From Verrucomicrobiota bacterium (GTDB lineage: Bacteria > Verrucomicrobiota > Verrucomicrobiia > Opitutales > Coraliomargaritaceae), in the NCBI GenBank assembly GCA_009937095.1, contig JAACDB010000025.1, forward strand, positions 7,961-71,960: 64,000 bases of DNA, read 5' to 3'. This document shows positions 12,647 to 25,141 of the stretch, one piece after another (the first letter of the stretch is position 1; each line of letters opens with the position of its first letter). The notes under the pieces are model-generated. The model did no database searches, was not told the DNA's origin, and saw nothing but the letters and a program-made list of their open reading frames with translations. A program made the position numbers and the translations under genes.

Positions 12647-13543
12647 TTAGTTGGCCGCAGCGGCGGCGATTTCGAGAATTTCCTGAGTGATAGCTGCCTG
12701 ACGCGCTTTGTTGTAATCGAGGGTCAGGTCATCCACAAGGCTGCTGGCGTTATCGGTGGCGGCCTTCATGGCTACCATGCGGGCGCAATGCTCGGCGGCG
12801 CGGCTCTCGAGGAGGAGTTGGTGAATCATAACCTTGATGTAATGCTGGGGCAATTCCGAGAGGACGGCCTTTGCACTGGGTTCAAAGCAAATTTCGCGGG
12901 AATCCCGACGGGCTTCCAGGGCATTGGTTTCGCCCGGGGTGCGCTTGCGTAACTGAGTGAGTACCTCTTCGAGGTCAACAATCGGCAGAAGTTTTTGGAT
13001 GACGGGTTCCTGGACGAGCACGTTGACAAAGCTTGGATAAGCAATCTCGATGGTGTCAATGGTGCCGTCGAGATAGGCGTCGATGGCAAGTTTGAGAAGG
13101 GCGCGGATTTCTGAATAGTCGGCTTTGTCGGAAACCGTGAAATCTGCAAGGAGGTCGCGCTGGCTACGTGCTATGAATTGAGTTCCCTTACGCCCGACGG
13201 TGATGAATTTGGCCGGGCCTTTAACCTGATCGAGGATTTCGCGGAAAAGGTTGGTGTTGAGTGGGCCGCAAAGACCTTTGTCGGTGGAAAGCACCAAAAT
13301 GCCACGAGTTTTGGTTTCGCGCTTCTCAAAGAAGGGGTGCTCAAAGTCGGCCCCACTGAGGTTTTGCTTTTCACTGACGGAATCGAGGAGATCTGCCAAC
13401 ATGAGCGCATACGGGCGACCTGCGATAGCGGCATCTTGAGCACGCTTCATCTTGGAAGAGGAAACCAACTGCATGGCCCGCGTAATCTGGCGGGTGTTTT
13501 TGACCGACTTGATGCGTCGGCGAATATCGCGAAGGGTGGCCAT
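12647..13543 (-). CDS. atpG: F1 ATP synthase gamma subunit
   Basis: N-terminus [32 protein letters not shown] and C-terminus [13 protein letters not shown]. Confidence 0.96.
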   Translation of the reverse strand: MATLRDIRRRIKSVKNTRQITRAMQLVSSSKMKRAQDAAIAGRPYALMLADLLDSVSEKQNLSGADFEHPFFEKRETKTRGILVLSTDKGLCGPLNTNLFREILDQVKGPAKFITVGRKGTQFIARSQRDLLADFTVSDKADYSEIRALLKLAIDAYLDGTIDTIEIAYPSFVNVLVQEPVIQKLLPIVDLEEVLTQLRKRTPGETNALEARRDSREICFEPSAKAVLSELPQHYIKVMIHQLLLESRAAEHCARMVAMKAATDNASSLVDDLTLDYNKARQAAITQEILEIAAAAAN

Positions 13544-13577
13544 CTTATTAAGTTAGGCGTTTGTGAAAAGGGTTATA

Positions 13578-15122
13578 CTAAGCGGAGAAGGAGGCCTGCC
13601 ATTCTTCGATGGCGGACTTGAGGTCGGCTTCGATGGCGTCGTTGAGTTGCTTTTCAGCGCGGATAGTGCCCATGAGTTTAGCACCACGTGTTTCAAAGAA
13701 TTCACGGAGGCTAGTGGTCGCTGCCACGACCTGCTTGGTTTCCACTGCATCAAAGAATCCATTTTGCGCACCCCATATAAGGGCGGTCTGGACTTCAACG
13801 GGAATGGGATTGAAGGCGGTTTGCTTGAAGAGTTCGACCACACGGGCACCGCGTTCGAGCTGGGCCTTGGTTTTCGCGTCGAGGTCAGATCCGAACTGGG
13901 CGAAGGCAGCGAGTTCGCGGAATTGAGCGAGCTGGAGCTTCACTTTACCCGCCACTTTTTTGATGGCTTTGATCTGCGCGGCAGAACCCACCCGGGAAAC
14001 CGAAAGACCCACCGAAATAGCAGGACGGATACCCTGATTGAAAAGGTCGGTTTCGAGGAAGACCTGCCCGTCGGTGATGGAAATCACGTTGGTGGGAATG
14101 TAAGCGGAGACGTCGCCCGCTTGAGTCTCGATGATGGGCAATGCGGTTAGGGAACCATTACCGTTTTCCTCATTGAGGCGCGCGGAACGCTCAAGCAAGC
14201 GGCTATGCAGGTAGAAAACGTCGCCGGGGTACGCCTCGCGGCCGGAGGGACGCTTGAGCACCAAGGAAATTTGTCGGTAGGCGACTGCTTGCTTGGACAG
14301 ATCATCGTACACGATGAGGGCGTCCATACCGTTACGCATAAAGAATTCGCCCATGGAGGCGCCCGAGAAGGGCGCGATATATTGATTGGCAGGATTGTCG
14401 GCAGCGGGTGCAGCAACAATAATGGTGTATTCCATGGCGCCGGATTTCTCGAGTACGTTGATGGTACGCGCGATGTTGGCATTCTTTTGACCGATGGCCA
14501 CGTAAATGGAATAAACAGGGCGGAAGCCTTCTTCAAAAGTACCGTCTTCCTTGAGGTGCTGGCGATTGATCTTGGCCTGATTAATAATGGTATCAATCGC
14601 AATGGTGGTCTTGCCGGTCGAACGGTCACCAATGATGAGCTCACGTTGTCCGCGGCCAATGGGAATCATGGAGTCGACCGCCATGATACCGGTCTGAAGG
14701 GGCTGATCGACCGATTTGCGGGGGATGATGCCCGGGGCAATCTGGTCGACAGGGTAAGTCTCAGTGGTGTTGATAGGGCCCTTGCCGTCAATAGGATTAC
14801 CAATGGCATCCACTACGCGTCCGAGGAGGCCTTTCCCGACAGGAACCGAAAGGAGCTTGCCGGTAGTGCTGGCTTCGTCGCCCTCTTTGAGCTTGGAATA
14901 GTCGCCTAGAATAACACAACCGACTTCGTCTTCCTCAAGATTGAGGGCGAGGCCGTAGACCCCATTTCCGAAATCAATCATTTCGTTATACATGACCCCG
15001 GACAAGCCCGCGAGCTTGGCGACCCCGTCCGCGATGGTGACGATGGTTCCGGTATTGGATTTGACGGCACCCGTTTCGAGTTGGGCGATTTCGATTTCAA
15101 TTTGTTCGACTATTGAGCTCAT
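13578..15122 (-). CDS. atpA: F1 ATP synthase alpha subunit
   Basis: Walker A GDRSTGKT. Conserved alpha signature throughout. Confidence 0.98.
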   Translation of the reverse strand: MSSIVEQIEIEIAQLETGAVKSNTGTIVTIADGVAKLAGLSGVMYNEMIDFGNGVYGLALNLEEDEVGCVILGDYSKLKEGDEASTTGKLLSVPVGKGLLGRVVDAIGNPIDGKGPINTTETYPVDQIAPGIIPRKSVDQPLQTGIMAVDSMIPIGRGQRELIIGDRSTGKTTIAIDTIINQAKINRQHLKEDGTFEEGFRPVYSIYVAIGQKNANIARTINVLEKSGAMEYTIIVAAPAADNPANQYIAPFSGASMGEFFMRNGMDALIVYDDLSKQAVAYRQISLVLKRPSGREAYPGDVFYLHSRLLERSARLNEENGNGSLTALPIIETQAGDVSAYIPTNVISITDGQVFLETDLFNQGIRPAISVGLSVSRVGSAAQIKAIKKVAGKVKLQLAQFRELAAFAQFGSDLDAKTKAQLERGARVVELFKQTAFNPIPVEVQTALIWGAQNGFFDAVETKQVVAATTSLREFFETRGAKLMGTIRAEKQLNDAIEADLKSAIEEWQASFSA

Positions 15123-15163
15123 GAGAAGAGGACGTATGGATGAAGCGTGTGTATTTAAAAATG

Positions 15164-15562
15164 TTATTGAACGCGTTCGGCAAGGCGCTGGAGGCGGCCG
15201 GACACGGAGGCATCGTAGCTGTCGTCACCGACGCGAACGCGAACGCCTGCAATGAGCGAGGCATCTTCAGCGGCAACGGCTTGGATCGGACGGTCGTAGA
15301 CTTTAGAAAAGTGTTGGGCAATGCCATCGAGTGATTCGGGCGAGAGGACGGCGGGTGAAGCAACCACAGCCGTTTGGAGAGCCAGTTCTCGGCGCAGGTA
15401 ACTCAGGTACTTCCGCACGAGGAGCAAATGATGGCGGGGTTGTACCTGGCGCAAGCCAGCAAGGACTTCCTTCACCCGCTCTTCAGTAATGGCACCGGCG
15501 CTATCTTTTGATAACACCACCATCTTTTTGGCGAGTTGAATGACTTTCTTATGGCGTTGCAT
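15164..15562 (-). CDS. atpH: F1 ATP synthase delta (OSCP) subunit, unusually short
   Basis: Operon position between b and alpha, with an OSCP-like C-terminal half ([26 protein letters not shown]). It is only 132 aa, and upstream extension is blocked by the atpF stop. Confidence 0.8.
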   Translation of the reverse strand: MQRHKKVIQLAKKMVVLSKDSAGAITEERVKEVLAGLRQVQPRHHLLLVRKYLSYLRRELALQTAVVASPAVLSPESLDGIAQHFSKVYDRPIQAVAAEDASLIAGVRVRVGDDSYDASVSGRLQRLAERVQ

Positions 15563-15586
15563 GCGTTAAATTTAGGGTTGCGGGCT

Positions 15587-16234
15587 TTAAGAATCAGCAA
15601 GTTCTTTAGCGGCGGCGTCCGAATACGAGGATTTCTCATCCGCACTGAGCTCGCGGGTGAGCACCTTGGCAGAGGTTTCGACGACCAGGCGGGCAACTTC
15701 TTGACGGACTTCGGGAAGCATCTTCTGACGCTCAAGCTCGGTAGCTTCGCTGGCTTTGCGAATGATCGCTTCCGCTTGAGCGGCGGCTTCTTGGGTTTTC
15801 GCCTCGATCATTTCCTTGGCTTGGTCACGGGTCTCTCCCAGGATGCGTTGTGCTTCAACGGCCGCTTCTTGAACCTTCTCGGAACGTTCGCGTTCCGTAG
15901 CGGCGAGCTGATCCTTCATTTCCTCGGCATACTGCAAGCCTTCGGCGATCTTCTGCTGGCGCTCGTCGAGGGTCGCCATGACGGGCTTGACCGCGAATTG
16001 GTACAAAATGATTGCCACCAAAATGAAGTTAATCATCTGCGCAATGAGGGTGGGCCAGGTGACGTCAAATTTTTTAAAGATCGCGCGGAAGGTATCGAGA
16101 ATGCTGTCTTCCGAGGGTTCCTCACCCACTAGTGCCTCAACGGATTGGTGCGCGTCCGCATGATCCTCACTTGCGGCCGAGAGGGCGAGCGGACTGATAA
16201 ATACGAGCAGGAAAAAGAGGTACAGAGCCTTCAT
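15587..16234 (-). CDS. atpF: Fo ATP synthase b subunit with N-terminal extension
   Basis: TM segment [21 protein letters not shown] followed by a long charged helix. A roughly 55-aa extra N-terminus begins with a signal-like peptide [20 protein letters not shown]. Start at ATG 16234. Confidence 0.85.
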   Translation of the reverse strand: MKALYLFFLLVFISPLALSAASEDHADAHQSVEALVGEEPSEDSILDTFRAIFKKFDVTWPTLIAQMINFILVAIILYQFAVKPVMATLDERQQKIAEGLQYAEEMKDQLAATERERSEKVQEAAVEAQRILGETRDQAKEMIEAKTQEAAAQAEAIIRKASEATELERQKMLPEVRQEVARLVVETSAKVLTRELSADEKSSYSDAAAKELADS

Positions 16235-16303
16235 AATATGCGTTCCAGACGGATTTAAAAGCCGACGACCCAAGCGGGCCGTCGGCAATCAAAGCCTTGA
16301 AGA

Positions 16304-16513
16304 TTAGCCAAGGAAGATTGCGAAGAAGATAATCGCTTCGGCGAAAGCCATGGCGAGAATCGACTGAACCAAAATCTTGGTGGCAGCCTCAGGGTTACGG
16401 CCAACGGATTGGGAGGCGCCGAGGCCGATGAGTCCAATACCGAGCGGCACGCCAAGAGCGGCGGCAGCAACGTGAACCTTACCGGAAACTTCTGCGAGGA
16501 TGTCGATGATCAT
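16304..16513 (-). CDS. atpE: Fo ATP synthase c subunit
   Basis: Hairpin protein with the GRNPE loop and a carboxylate in AFAEA. Start at ATG 16513. Confidence 0.9.
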   Translation of the reverse strand: MIIDILAEVSGKVHVAAAALGVPLGIGLIGLGASQSVGRNPEAATKILVQSILAMAFAEAIIFFAIFLG

Positions 16514-16595
16514 TTTGTGTCTGGGTTGTTTTGTTATAGTAGGTTTCAGCGCCACCCACACGTTGTATGGTCATGGTGGAGAAAGTCTGGAAAAG

Positions 16596-17450
<855 letters not shown>

Positions 17451-17626
17451 AAAATGAATATAATAACCTCAATACGGAAAGCGAATGGCATGCCTTAAGT
17501 CCCTTTGTCAGTCAATACCGTAATGTAAAATGCCCTTGCAACATTAGCACTTCTTATGGGCTTTATTACTTTTCTTTTCGCGGAAAGGCGCTTGCCCGAA
17601 GCAATCCAAGGCTCAAAACTGCTTCC

Positions 17627-17866
17627 ATGGCTTCCCCCAAAAATCTAACCGGTCAAATAACCCGCTTACGGGAGCGCAAGGGCGGATTCCTTCCGGAAAG
17701 CTCGGTGGCGGACGAACCCGAACGCCCTTCCCCCGCCCTGCCCGCCGCACCGGCAGCCCACGGCCGACGCATTGCCAACGATACTTTCATGTGGTTCAGC
17801 TACGCCCTTTTTGCGGCGGCTATGGTCACACAGCTCGCCCTGGTCCTTTGGATGGATCTCTTCTAG
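17627..17866 (+). CDS. hypothetical small protein with a C-terminal TM segment
   Basis: 79-aa ORF with a Pro/Ala-rich middle and a hydrophobic C-terminus (FMWFSYALFAAAMVTQLALVLWMDLF). No motif recognised, so coding status is uncertain. Confidence 0.3.
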   Translation: MASPKNLTGQITRLRERKGGFLPESSVADEPERPSPALPAAPAAHGRRIANDTFMWFSYALFAAAMVTQLALVLWMDLF

Positions 17867-17867
17867 G

Positions 17868-18464
17868 CTAGCGCCGACGTGCCACCACGGAATCGAACGA
17901 ATCCATCAAGCTCTGGAAATAGGTTTCCATTTCATAGGGCCACGCCCCATCTGACTCGATTTCCCAATCCGGATGCGCCTCCAAATGCTCAACGGTCCAA
18001 TCATAGTAGGGACGGTCGTCTGAGCGGAAGCAAAAGCGTCCGCCTGAATTGGTACGCTCTGCCAAGACATCAAGAAACGCAGTTTGCACCATCCTGCGCC
18101 GGTGGTGCCGCGCCTTGGGCCAGGGATCCGGGAACAGTAAGATCGTCATTTCAAAGCGGACTGCTGGCGGGAGGATCTCGAGAAATTCTCCCAGCTCCGC
18201 TTTAAAGAAATGTAGGTTTGGCAAATTCCGCTTCGCGCACTTCTCCTGACCCTTGCGGATGCGGTGAGCGATAAGGTCGATTCCCACACAACACTGCTCC
18301 GGATGCGCCTCGGCGTAGGCCGTCAGCCAATGACCGTGTCCGCAGCCCGCCTCAAAGACGATACGCTCCACTCCTTCCAGAGCCTCTAAGCATTCGCTGC
18401 GCAAGGCTTCCTTGCGAGCCGCTTGTTTCGCTAATTCCCGGGCATGTCCAGCACTCAGTTCCAT
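17868..18464 (-). CDS. trmB: tRNA (guanine46-N7)-methyltransferase
   Basis: Motifs [10 protein letters not shown] and [15 protein letters not shown]. The start is set at ATG 18464 so that it does not overlap the upstream kinase gene. Confidence 0.88.
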   Translation of the reverse strand: MELSAGHARELAKQAARKEALRSECLEALEGVERIVFEAGCGHGHWLTAYAEAHPEQCCVGIDLIAHRIRKGQEKCAKRNLPNLHFFKAELGEFLEILPPAVRFEMTILLFPDPWPKARHHRRRMVQTAFLDVLAERTNSGGRFCFRSDDRPYYDWTVEHLEAHPDWEIESDGAWPYEMETYFQSLMDSFDSVVARRR

Positions 18465-18495
18465 TCCGCAAGATGGACTCACCCACTGACCGAGG

Positions 18496-19794
18496 TCAAG
18501 CAATTGGCGCACCGGGAGCAACAGAGCGGTAAGGCAAACTGAAGCGAATACAGGTTCCCTTGCCAAGGGTGCTTTCCACAGCAACCGCCCCTCCGTGTAA
18601 CTGCACAATGTGCTTCATGATGCTCAAGCCCAGGCCTGTGCCCCCGCGCTCACGCGAGCGCCCCTTGTCAACGCGGTAAAACCGCTCGAAGATATGTGGT
18701 AAATCCTTCTCTGGTATGCCCGGGCCGTCATCCTCGACACTGCATTCCACGTATTCTGCGGCGTCATCCAGTCGCGCCCGCAAGATGAGTCGGGTAAACT
18801 CCGGCGCATAGCGAAAGACATTCTCGACGAGATTATCCAGTACTTGATTAATGCGGTAAGGATCAAAGCCGAAGGGCTGAATACGGGGATCTACCTCCAA
18901 GGCAAAGGTCTGGCTTTTGATGATGAGGCGACTCTCGTTGTTTTCGATGGTCTCCCTAAAGAGTTGTTCGAGCGAGGCCTCGCTACATTCAAATGAGTCC
19001 GGTCGAGACTCCAGGCGAGAGAGCGTTAGGAGATCTTCAACCAGAACATGCAACCGCTGGGCATTATTAACGATTTTTCTAATAAAACGGTTCTGTGCCT
19101 CCGGCGTAAGCGTGGCGCCATCCTCTACCAGTGTTTCCGCAAACCCCTTGATAACAGTGAGCGGTGTGCGCAATTCATGCGATACATTGGCAACAAACTC
19201 CCGCCGCACCTCTTCCAGTTCCTTCAAGCGAGTGATATCGTGGAGCACCAAAAGCGTAGAGACCGATTCCGCCTCTGAGAGCCCCATAAGCTCCGTGCAG
19301 GACGCCTCAAACCAAAGCAACTCTCCCCGCCATTCCAAGCTGATCTGGCTTCGCTTCGAATGCTCATTTTCGCGGTAAGCATCCAAAAATTCCAGGAGAC
19401 TGCTCGAACGCAGGATCGCATCCAGACGGGTTCCCTTCATGACGCCACTATGTGGGAAAAGTCGTTGCGCCGGCTGGTTTGCAAATTCAATGCGTCGCGC
19501 TGAATCAAAGATCAAGACCGCTTCCTGAATCGCCCCAAGGGTTGACTTCACTTGATTCAAGCGTCCGGTTTTTTCCACCGATCGCGACCGTAGTTTATCC
19601 ACTAATTGATTGCTGGTCAGCACCAGAGACCCGAACCCTAAAAAGCCAAGCCACCAAGTGGAATCACCATAAAGCAAGCGCCGCTTTTCCAAAAGCGATG
19701 CCTCCAATTGACGGATCTGGCGACGGATGCCCGTAGCCAAAGCAAACAATGCTAAAATCAGCCCCAAACATAACAATATTAAGAACCAATGCAT
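18496..19794 (-). CDS. sensor histidine kinase (PhoR-like architecture: TM, PAS-like, HisKA, HATPase)
   Basis: H-box [10 protein letters not shown]-box [10 protein letters not shown], and G-boxes DDGPGI and [10 protein letters not shown]-terminal TM helix. Confidence 0.9.
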   Translation of the reverse strand: MHWFLILLCLGLILALFALATGIRRQIRQLEASLLEKRRLLYGDSTWWLGFLGFGSLVLTSNQLVDKLRSRSVEKTGRLNQVKSTLGAIQEAVLIFDSARRIEFANQPAQRLFPHSGVMKGTRLDAILRSSSLLEFLDAYRENEHSKRSQISLEWRGELLWFEASCTELMGLSEAESVSTLLVLHDITRLKELEEVRREFVANVSHELRTPLTVIKGFAETLVEDGATLTPEAQNRFIRKIVNNAQRLHVLVEDLLTLSRLESRPDSFECSEASLEQLFRETIENNESRLIIKSQTFALEVDPRIQPFGFDPYRINQVLDNLVENVFRYAPEFTRLILRARLDDAAEYVECSVEDDGPGIPEKDLPHIFERFYRVDKGRSRERGGTGLGLSIMKHIVQLHGGAVAVESTLGKGTCIRFSLPYRSVAPGAPIA

Positions 19795-20496
19795 TTAAAT
19801 ATCCACCACGCGGTAGCCCACCCCGCGAACCGTTTCGATCATTTTAGCATAAGGACCCAACTTTTCCCGAACGCGACGCACGTGAGTGTCAACTGTCCGC
19901 GTTTCAATGTCGGTGTCGTAATGCCAGACGTTTACCAAAAGATTATCCCGCGACTGCACCCGCCCCTTGCGCTCCATCAGTAGCGTGAGCAAACGAAATT
20001 CTGTTGCGGTTAACTCGATCCTCTTGCCGTCCACTTTCAATTCATGAAACTCCGCATCCAAAATCACCCCTCCGTTTTCAATCCGGCTTGCTGGGCCGCG
20101 ACTTGCGGGAATATTTTCACGCTTCAGCACGTTTTTAATTCTAAGCATTAACTCCTTGTTGTTGAACGGCTTAGAAATGTATTCGTCTGCTCCTGTTTCC
20201 AGCCCTTTGATGCGATCCTCCGCTTCACCACGGGCCGTCAAGAATAGGATGGGAATATGCTTCATGGAGGTATCCGCTCGCACGATACGGCACAATTCTA
20301 TGCCGCTGAGCTCCGGCATCATGATATCAAAAATAAGTAAATCCGGACGAAAGTCCCGCGCCTTGCCCACAAATGCCAACGGATCATTTAAAGCTTCGCA
20401 GACATAACCTTCCTGCTCTAACTTATATTTGAGCAGTTCGGTGACGTCGGGTTCGTCATCCACAACCAATATACGTTCCGTCTTTTGAGCAGTCAT
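19795..20496 (-). CDS. OmpR/PhoB-family response regulator
   Basis: Receiver domain (ILVVDDEPD, LLIFDIMMP, ISKPF) plus a winged-helix output domain (VRGVGYRV). Its stop abuts the kinase start. Confidence 0.92.
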   Translation of the reverse strand: MTAQKTERILVVDDEPDVTELLKYKLEQEGYVCEALNDPLAFVGKARDFRPDLLIFDIMMPELSGIELCRIVRADTSMKHIPILFLTARGEAEDRIKGLETGADEYISKPFNNKELMLRIKNVLKRENIPASRGPASRIENGGVILDAEFHELKVDGKRIELTATEFRLLTLLMERKGRVQSRDNLLVNVWHYDTDIETRTVDTHVRRVREKLGPYAKMIETVRGVGYRVVDI

Positions 20497-20519
20497 AGTA
20501 ATACGATAACTTTTGAACC

Positions 20520-20528
20520 ATTATACAC
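20520..20528 (-). promoter_or_regulatory. candidate extended -10 promoter element for the response regulator/kinase operon
   Basis: The minus strand reads TGTTATAAT-like (TG-T-TATAAT) about 24 nt upstream of the ATG at 20496. TTGGCT lies 19 nt upstream as a weak -35. Confidence 0.3.
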
Positions 20529-20690
20529 TGCTTTACCAGCAGAAAGCCAAATTTTGAGGAAGGCATACATTTTTATTATCTATTCATAAACCTTTCTTAA
20601 TCAGCAACTTGCGGGATCAGTAAATCCGCCGCAGAAAGTTTTTACGCCGGGCGCCTATTTAGCAGCACCGCCGTTACTTTTCCAGAAGCA

Positions 20691-22559
20691 TCAACGCGCT
20701 TCAAGATATACCAGCAATATGCTGATATCGGCAGGATTAACACCGCTGATACGGCTTGCCTGCCCCAAGGTACGAGGCTGGATCGACGCCAATTTTTCAG
20801 CACTCTCGTTGCGTAGACCCCGCACGGCCCGAAAATCCATGTCCTCGGGAATGCGCACTTTGTCGATATGGCGCAACTTCTCGATTTGCTTTGCCTCGCG
20901 CTCCAGATAGCCGCGAAAAGCCACCCGATAAAAGACCTCCTCTCGTACTTCCGCTGTTTCCTCGGAAAGGGCCTCCGGAAACGGTGCCTCGCTGCGTTCC
21001 CGCCGCACCTGATCTGCTAAAAGCTGCCCCCCTACCCGTTCACGCTCCAGTGCCTCCACCCATTTTTCAATGCGCTTGGATTTCTCTTTTATCATTGCAA
21101 GTCGTTCTTCGTCAACAAGTTGTAGTCGCTCGGCATGTGGCAAAAGTCGCAACTCCGCACTTCCGTGATTGAAGAGCAAACGATGCTCCGCACGGCTGGA
21201 AAACATGCGGTACGGCTCCTGGGTCCCCTTTGTCACTAAATCATCGATGAGCACGCCAATGTAGGCTTCGTGGCGCTGTAAAACCAAAGGTTCCCCACCC
21301 CGCAATTTCTGCACGGCATTCACACCCGCAACCAAGCCCTGGCCCGCGGCTTCCTCATAACCCGAGGTGCCATTGATTTGTCCAGCGAAGAACAAATGCT
21401 CCACCTTTTTGGATTCCAAAGTGGCATGCAATTGAGTGGGTGGAGCAAAGTCGTATTCGACCGCATAGGCAGGTCGCAGCATGTGCACATCCTCCAGCCC
21501 CGGAACACTTTGCAGCATTTCCAGTTGTACCTCAAAGGGCAGACTCGTCGAAAGTCCGTTAATATACCATTCGTTTGTGTTACGCCCTTCCGGCTCAAGA
21601 AACAAAAGATGGCGGTCTTTATCTGCAAAGCGCACAAACTTATCTTCAATGCTCGGACAATAGCGCGGTCCCCTACCCTCAATGACCCCTGAATACATGG
21701 GGGATTTGTGGAGATTCGCATCAACGACCTCGCGGGTTGCAGGACTGGTATAGGTCATCCAACAGGAAACCTGATCCTCGCCCGGCAACCAACCAAGCTT
21801 CCGCTGACCGGAATGTTCCACGTGGAACAAATCCCTTTCGCCTCGGGTATCATAAAAGCCAAAAAGCGTGGGCTTTAAATCGCCTTTTTGTTCCTCGAGC
21901 TGAGAAAAATCAATGCTACTGCCCAGTATGCGTGCCGGAGTACCGGTTTTTAGGCGTTCTAGCTCAATCCCAGCCTCTAGAAAGGATCCGGACAAACCGC
22001 TTGCAGTGAAATCGCCCATACGGCCGCCTTCATTTTTGTTCTGACCAACGTGCATGAGCCCCCGCAAAAAGGTACCAGTGGTCACGATGACCGTCTTTGC
22101 GTAAAATTCCACGTCAAGATTGGTGCGGACGCCGACCACCTGACCGTTCTTGTAAATCAGCCCTTGTACCATTGCCTGAAAAATATCGAGCTGATCCTGT
22201 AGCTCTAATACGTGCTTCATTCTCAACTGGTAAGCTTTTTTGTCGCACTGTGCCCGTGGTGCCTGAACTGCGGGCCCTTTAGAGGCATTTAAGAGACGGA
22301 ATTGAATTGCGGTGGTATCGGTGTTAACCGCCATTTCTCCTCCGAGTGCATCAATCTCGCGTACCATGTGTCCTTTGGCTTGACCGCCAATTGCGGGATT
22401 GCAGCTCATCTGGGCAATGGTATCGAGATTACCAGTCAAAATAAGGGTATCTGCGCCTAGACGCGCAGCAGCCAATGCTGCCTCGCAGCCTGCATGTCCC
22501 GCGCCGCAAACGATAACCTCATAAGGTTGGTTAGGTCCGTGTTTTAAACCGCCGCTCAT
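20691..22559 (-). CDS. mnmG: tRNA uridine 5-carboxymethylaminomethyl modification enzyme MnmG/GidA
   Basis: FAD motif [14 protein letters not shown] and a conserved GidA core. The first ATG (22559) forms an ATGA overlap with the mnmE stop; the ORF track begins at TTG 22571. Confidence 0.95.
   Translation of the reverse strand: MSGGLKHGPNQPYEVIVCGAGHAGCEAALAAARLGADTLILTGNLDTIAQMSCNPAIGGQAKGHMVREIDALGGEMAVNTDTTAIQFRLLNASKGPAVQAPRAQCDKKAYQLRMKHVLELQDQLDIFQAMVQGLIYKNGQVVGVRTNLDVEFYAKTVIVTTGTFLRGLMHVGQNKNEGGRMGDFTASGLSGSFLEAGIELERLKTGTPARILGSSIDFSQLEEQKGDLKPTLFGFYDTRGERDLFHVEHSGQRKLGWLPGEDQVSCWMTYTSPATREVVDANLHKSPMYSGVIEGRGPRYCPSIEDKFVRFADKDRHLLFLEPEGRNTNEWYINGLSTSLPFEVQLEMLQSVPGLEDVHMLRPAYAVEYDFAPPTQLHATLESKKVEHLFFAGQINGTSGYEEAAGQGLVAGVNAVQKLRGGEPLVLQRHEAYIGVLIDDLVTKGTQEPYRMFSSRAEHRLLFNHGSAELRLLPHAERLQLVDEERLAMIKEKSKRIEKWVEALERERVGGQLLADQVRRERSEAPFPEALSEETAEVREEVFYRVAFRGYLEREAKQIEKLRHIDKVRIPEDMDFRAVRGLRNESAEKLASIQPRTLGQASRISGVNPADISILLVYLEAR
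21814..21829. promoter_or_regulatory. parS-type centromere-like site (perfect 16-bp palindrome)
   Basis: TGTTCCACGTGGAACA is perfectly self-complementary. It matches the ParB-binding consensus TGTTNCACGTGAAACA at 15/16. It lies inside mnmG, among origin-proximal marker genes. Confidence 0.55.
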
Positions 22560-23917
22560 TTTCCGATACAAAATTCTTTAAATAGCCGATCCAGCATGCG
22601 TTCGTTGTCAACCCGTCCCACCACATCACCAATACCTTCAACAGCCTGGCGCAGATCGGCAGCGATTAATTCTGAAAGTTCGCCTGCAGCCATCTTGTCG
22701 AGTGCTGATTGCAGTGCGTTCGTCGCCACGGATAGCGCAGCAGCATGTCGTGCGTTCAGTACCAATCCATCGACCGCAGAGAGTGGGGCGGTATGCGCTT
22801 CAAGAAGTTCTGTCCAAGCCGTTTTAAATTCAGGCAAGCCCGAGCCATGCTTTGCAGAGATCTGGCAGTGACGAAACTTGGGCAAAAATGCTGCACCTTC
22901 CGAGGCCACGCCGAGATCTATTTTATTCTCCAGCACCAGGGTATTTTCAGGCGTCATTTTTTGTAGTAACGACTCGGGAAGAGTAGGGGAGTGCCCAGTT
23001 GAATCCAGAACTAAAAGAAAGCAGTCGGCAGTTTCTGACTGCTCCATAGTACGTTCTATACCAATGCTTTCCAAATCTTCTGCCCCCTCGTGTAGCCCAG
23101 CTGTATCCAAAATTTCAATACGCCAGGCACCTAGCATTATGAAGGCCGAAAGGTAATCGCGTGTGGTTCCCGGACGATCGCTTACGATAGCGCGTTCACT
23201 GCCAACCAAAGCATTAATAAGGCTGCTTTTCCCGACATTTGGTTCGCCCACGATAAGCGTTTTAACGCCTTCATGAAGGAGGGCGGCATAGTGGCGAGTT
23301 TCCATTAAGGCCTTCAGTTCTTCAATCAATGTGCGGAGGTCACGCGCTGGCCCAGCCTGATCTTCAGAGGGTAGGTCTTCCTCGGGAAAATCAATATACG
23401 CCTCCAAGTGCGCCATGATTTGCAGCAACTGATCCGTTAAGGCGCTCATTTTCCGTCCTACCGATCCGTGGGGTTGGCGCCGGGCCAATTCGAGACTTCG
23501 CTCGGATCGAGCGTGAATCAAATCTGCAACTGCTTCTGCCTGAGTGAGATCCATGCGCCCATTTAAGAAAGCAGTCCGGGTGAACTCCCCGGGTTCCGCT
23601 AATCGACAGCCACGACTCAAAAGATCCTCCAGGATTAGTTGAACGACTAGAGGGTTACCATGCGGTGCGATCTCCAGCATAGGAGCTCCGGTAAAAGAAT
23701 GTCCTTCGGCAAAGTAAGTTAGAACGCAGCTATCAATGATCTTATCCGATATAGCCCGATAACTGCCATAATACGCATGTCGTGGGGACAGGGGCTCGGC
23801 TTTACCTAAGAGGCTAGATCCCAAATCGGCACAATCCGGCCCGCTCAGGCGAATCAAAGCAACTGCCGATTCTCCTGCAGGTGTAGAAAGTGCGACAATG
23901 GTGTCGGTAGCAGACAT
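22556..23917 (-). CDS. mnmE: tRNA modification GTPase MnmE/TrmE
   Basis: G-domain motifs [10 protein letters not shown] and DTAG, with the C-terminal CIGK motif. Confidence 0.95.
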   Translation of the reverse strand: MSATDTIVALSTPAGESAVALIRLSGPDCADLGSSLLGKAEPLSPRHAYYGSYRAISDKIIDSCVLTYFAEGHSFTGAPMLEIAPHGNPLVVQLILEDLLSRGCRLAEPGEFTRTAFLNGRMDLTQAEAVADLIHARSERSLELARRQPHGSVGRKMSALTDQLLQIMAHLEAYIDFPEEDLPSEDQAGPARDLRTLIEELKALMETRHYAALLHEGVKTLIVGEPNVGKSSLINALVGSERAIVSDRPGTTRDYLSAFIMLGAWRIEILDTAGLHEGAEDLESIGIERTMEQSETADCFLLVLDSTGHSPTLPESLLQKMTPENTLVLENKIDLGVASEGAAFLPKFRHCQISAKHGSGLPEFKTAWTELLEAHTAPLSAVDGLVLNARHAAALSVATNALQSALDKMAAGELSELIAADLRQAVEGIGDVVGRVDNERMLDRLFKEFCIGK

Positions 23918-24001
23918 AACAGACTGCTACCTTCCGCGAAAGGTGGCTGGCGTCAAGCCTCCAGCCCCGAACTAAAAGGGGCAGGGGAGTGATTGAAGTG
24001 A

Positions 24002-25081
24002 TTATGCTTCTGCTTCCGGAGTGGGCTCCTTGTCGCCGGTGAGTGACTCTCCAGCTTTGGGATGCACTTTTTCCAAAATGAGCTGGGTCAATTCATCGGC
24101 AACATCGGGATTATCAATGAGGTGCTGTTTGGCGGCTTCGCGGCCTTGTCCGACCATTTCACCCTTGTAGGCAATCCATGAACCCTTCTTCTCCAACAAC
24201 TTATGCTCCACACCAAGGTCGATGAGGGAACCGGAATGGGAGATCCCCTCGTTATACATGATATCGAATTCGCAGTCGGTAAAGGGTGGGGCAACTTTGT
24301 TTTTAACTACCTTGAGTCGGGTTCGGTTGCCGACTACCTTACCGGAGGATTCTTTGATTTGACCAATTCTGCGAATATCCATGCGGACCGAGGAAAAGAA
24401 TTTCAGGGCGCGACCACCGGGCTGGGTCTCAGGACTACCAAACATAACTCCAATCTTTTCGCGGATTTGATTGGTAAAGAGGACCACGCAGTTGGATTTA
24501 TTGATGGCACCGGCAAGGCGACGCATGGCCTGGCTCATCATTCGGGCCTGTAAACCAACGGTTGTATCGCCCATCTGACCATCGAGCTCATTTTTTGAGA
24601 CAAGTGCGGCCACGGAATCGACTACAATGATATCAACTGCGCCGGAACGGATAAGGGTTTCGGTAATGTTGAGGGCATCCTCCCCGCATTCCGGCTGGGA
24701 AACCATAAGGTTTTCGAGGTCTACTCCCACAACCTTGGCGTAGCGGGGGTCAAGGGCGTGCTCAACGTCGATAAAGACCGCATTTCCGCCTAGTTTCTGG
24801 GTTTGGGCGATGGCGCTCAAGCAGAAGGTCGTTTTACCGGAGCTTTCCGGCCCGTAAATTTCGCAAATGCGCCCTCGGGGGAGTCCGCCGATACCAAGGG
24901 TGAGGTCGATTGCAATGGAGCCGGTTGAAATAACGTCGACTTCCATTTGGACGGCTTCTCCCAAGCGCATTAGGGCACCGGGGCCAAATTGTTTGTTAAT
25001 GCCCGAAACGGCGAGGTCGAGGTTCTTGCGGTCTTTTTCGGGGGTACGTTCGGTTCTCTTTATTTGTGTTTTTGCGGGCAT
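24002..25081 (-). CDS. recA: recombinase RecA
   Basis: Walker [10 protein letters not shown]. The core is highly conserved ([18 protein letters not shown]). Confidence 0.98.
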   Translation of the reverse strand: MPAKTQIKRTERTPEKDRKNLDLAVSGINKQFGPGALMRLGEAVQMEVDVISTGSIAIDLTLGIGGLPRGRICEIYGPESSGKTTFCLSAIAQTQKLGGNAVFIDVEHALDPRYAKVVGVDLENLMVSQPECGEDALNITETLIRSGAVDIIVVDSVAALVSKNELDGQMGDTTVGLQARMMSQAMRRLAGAINKSNCVVLFTNQIREKIGVMFGSPETQPGGRALKFFSSVRMDIRRIGQIKESSGKVVGNRTRLKVVKNKVAPPFTDCEFDIMYNEGISHSGSLIDLGVEHKLLEKKGSWIAYKGEMVGQGREAAKQHLIDNPDVADELTQLILEKVHPKAGESLTGDKEPTPEAEA

Positions 25082-25141
25082 ACTTTAATAGTTTGGGATT
25101 AAATTTGTAAATTGCGACGAAGCTTGTGAAAGGAAAAAGAG

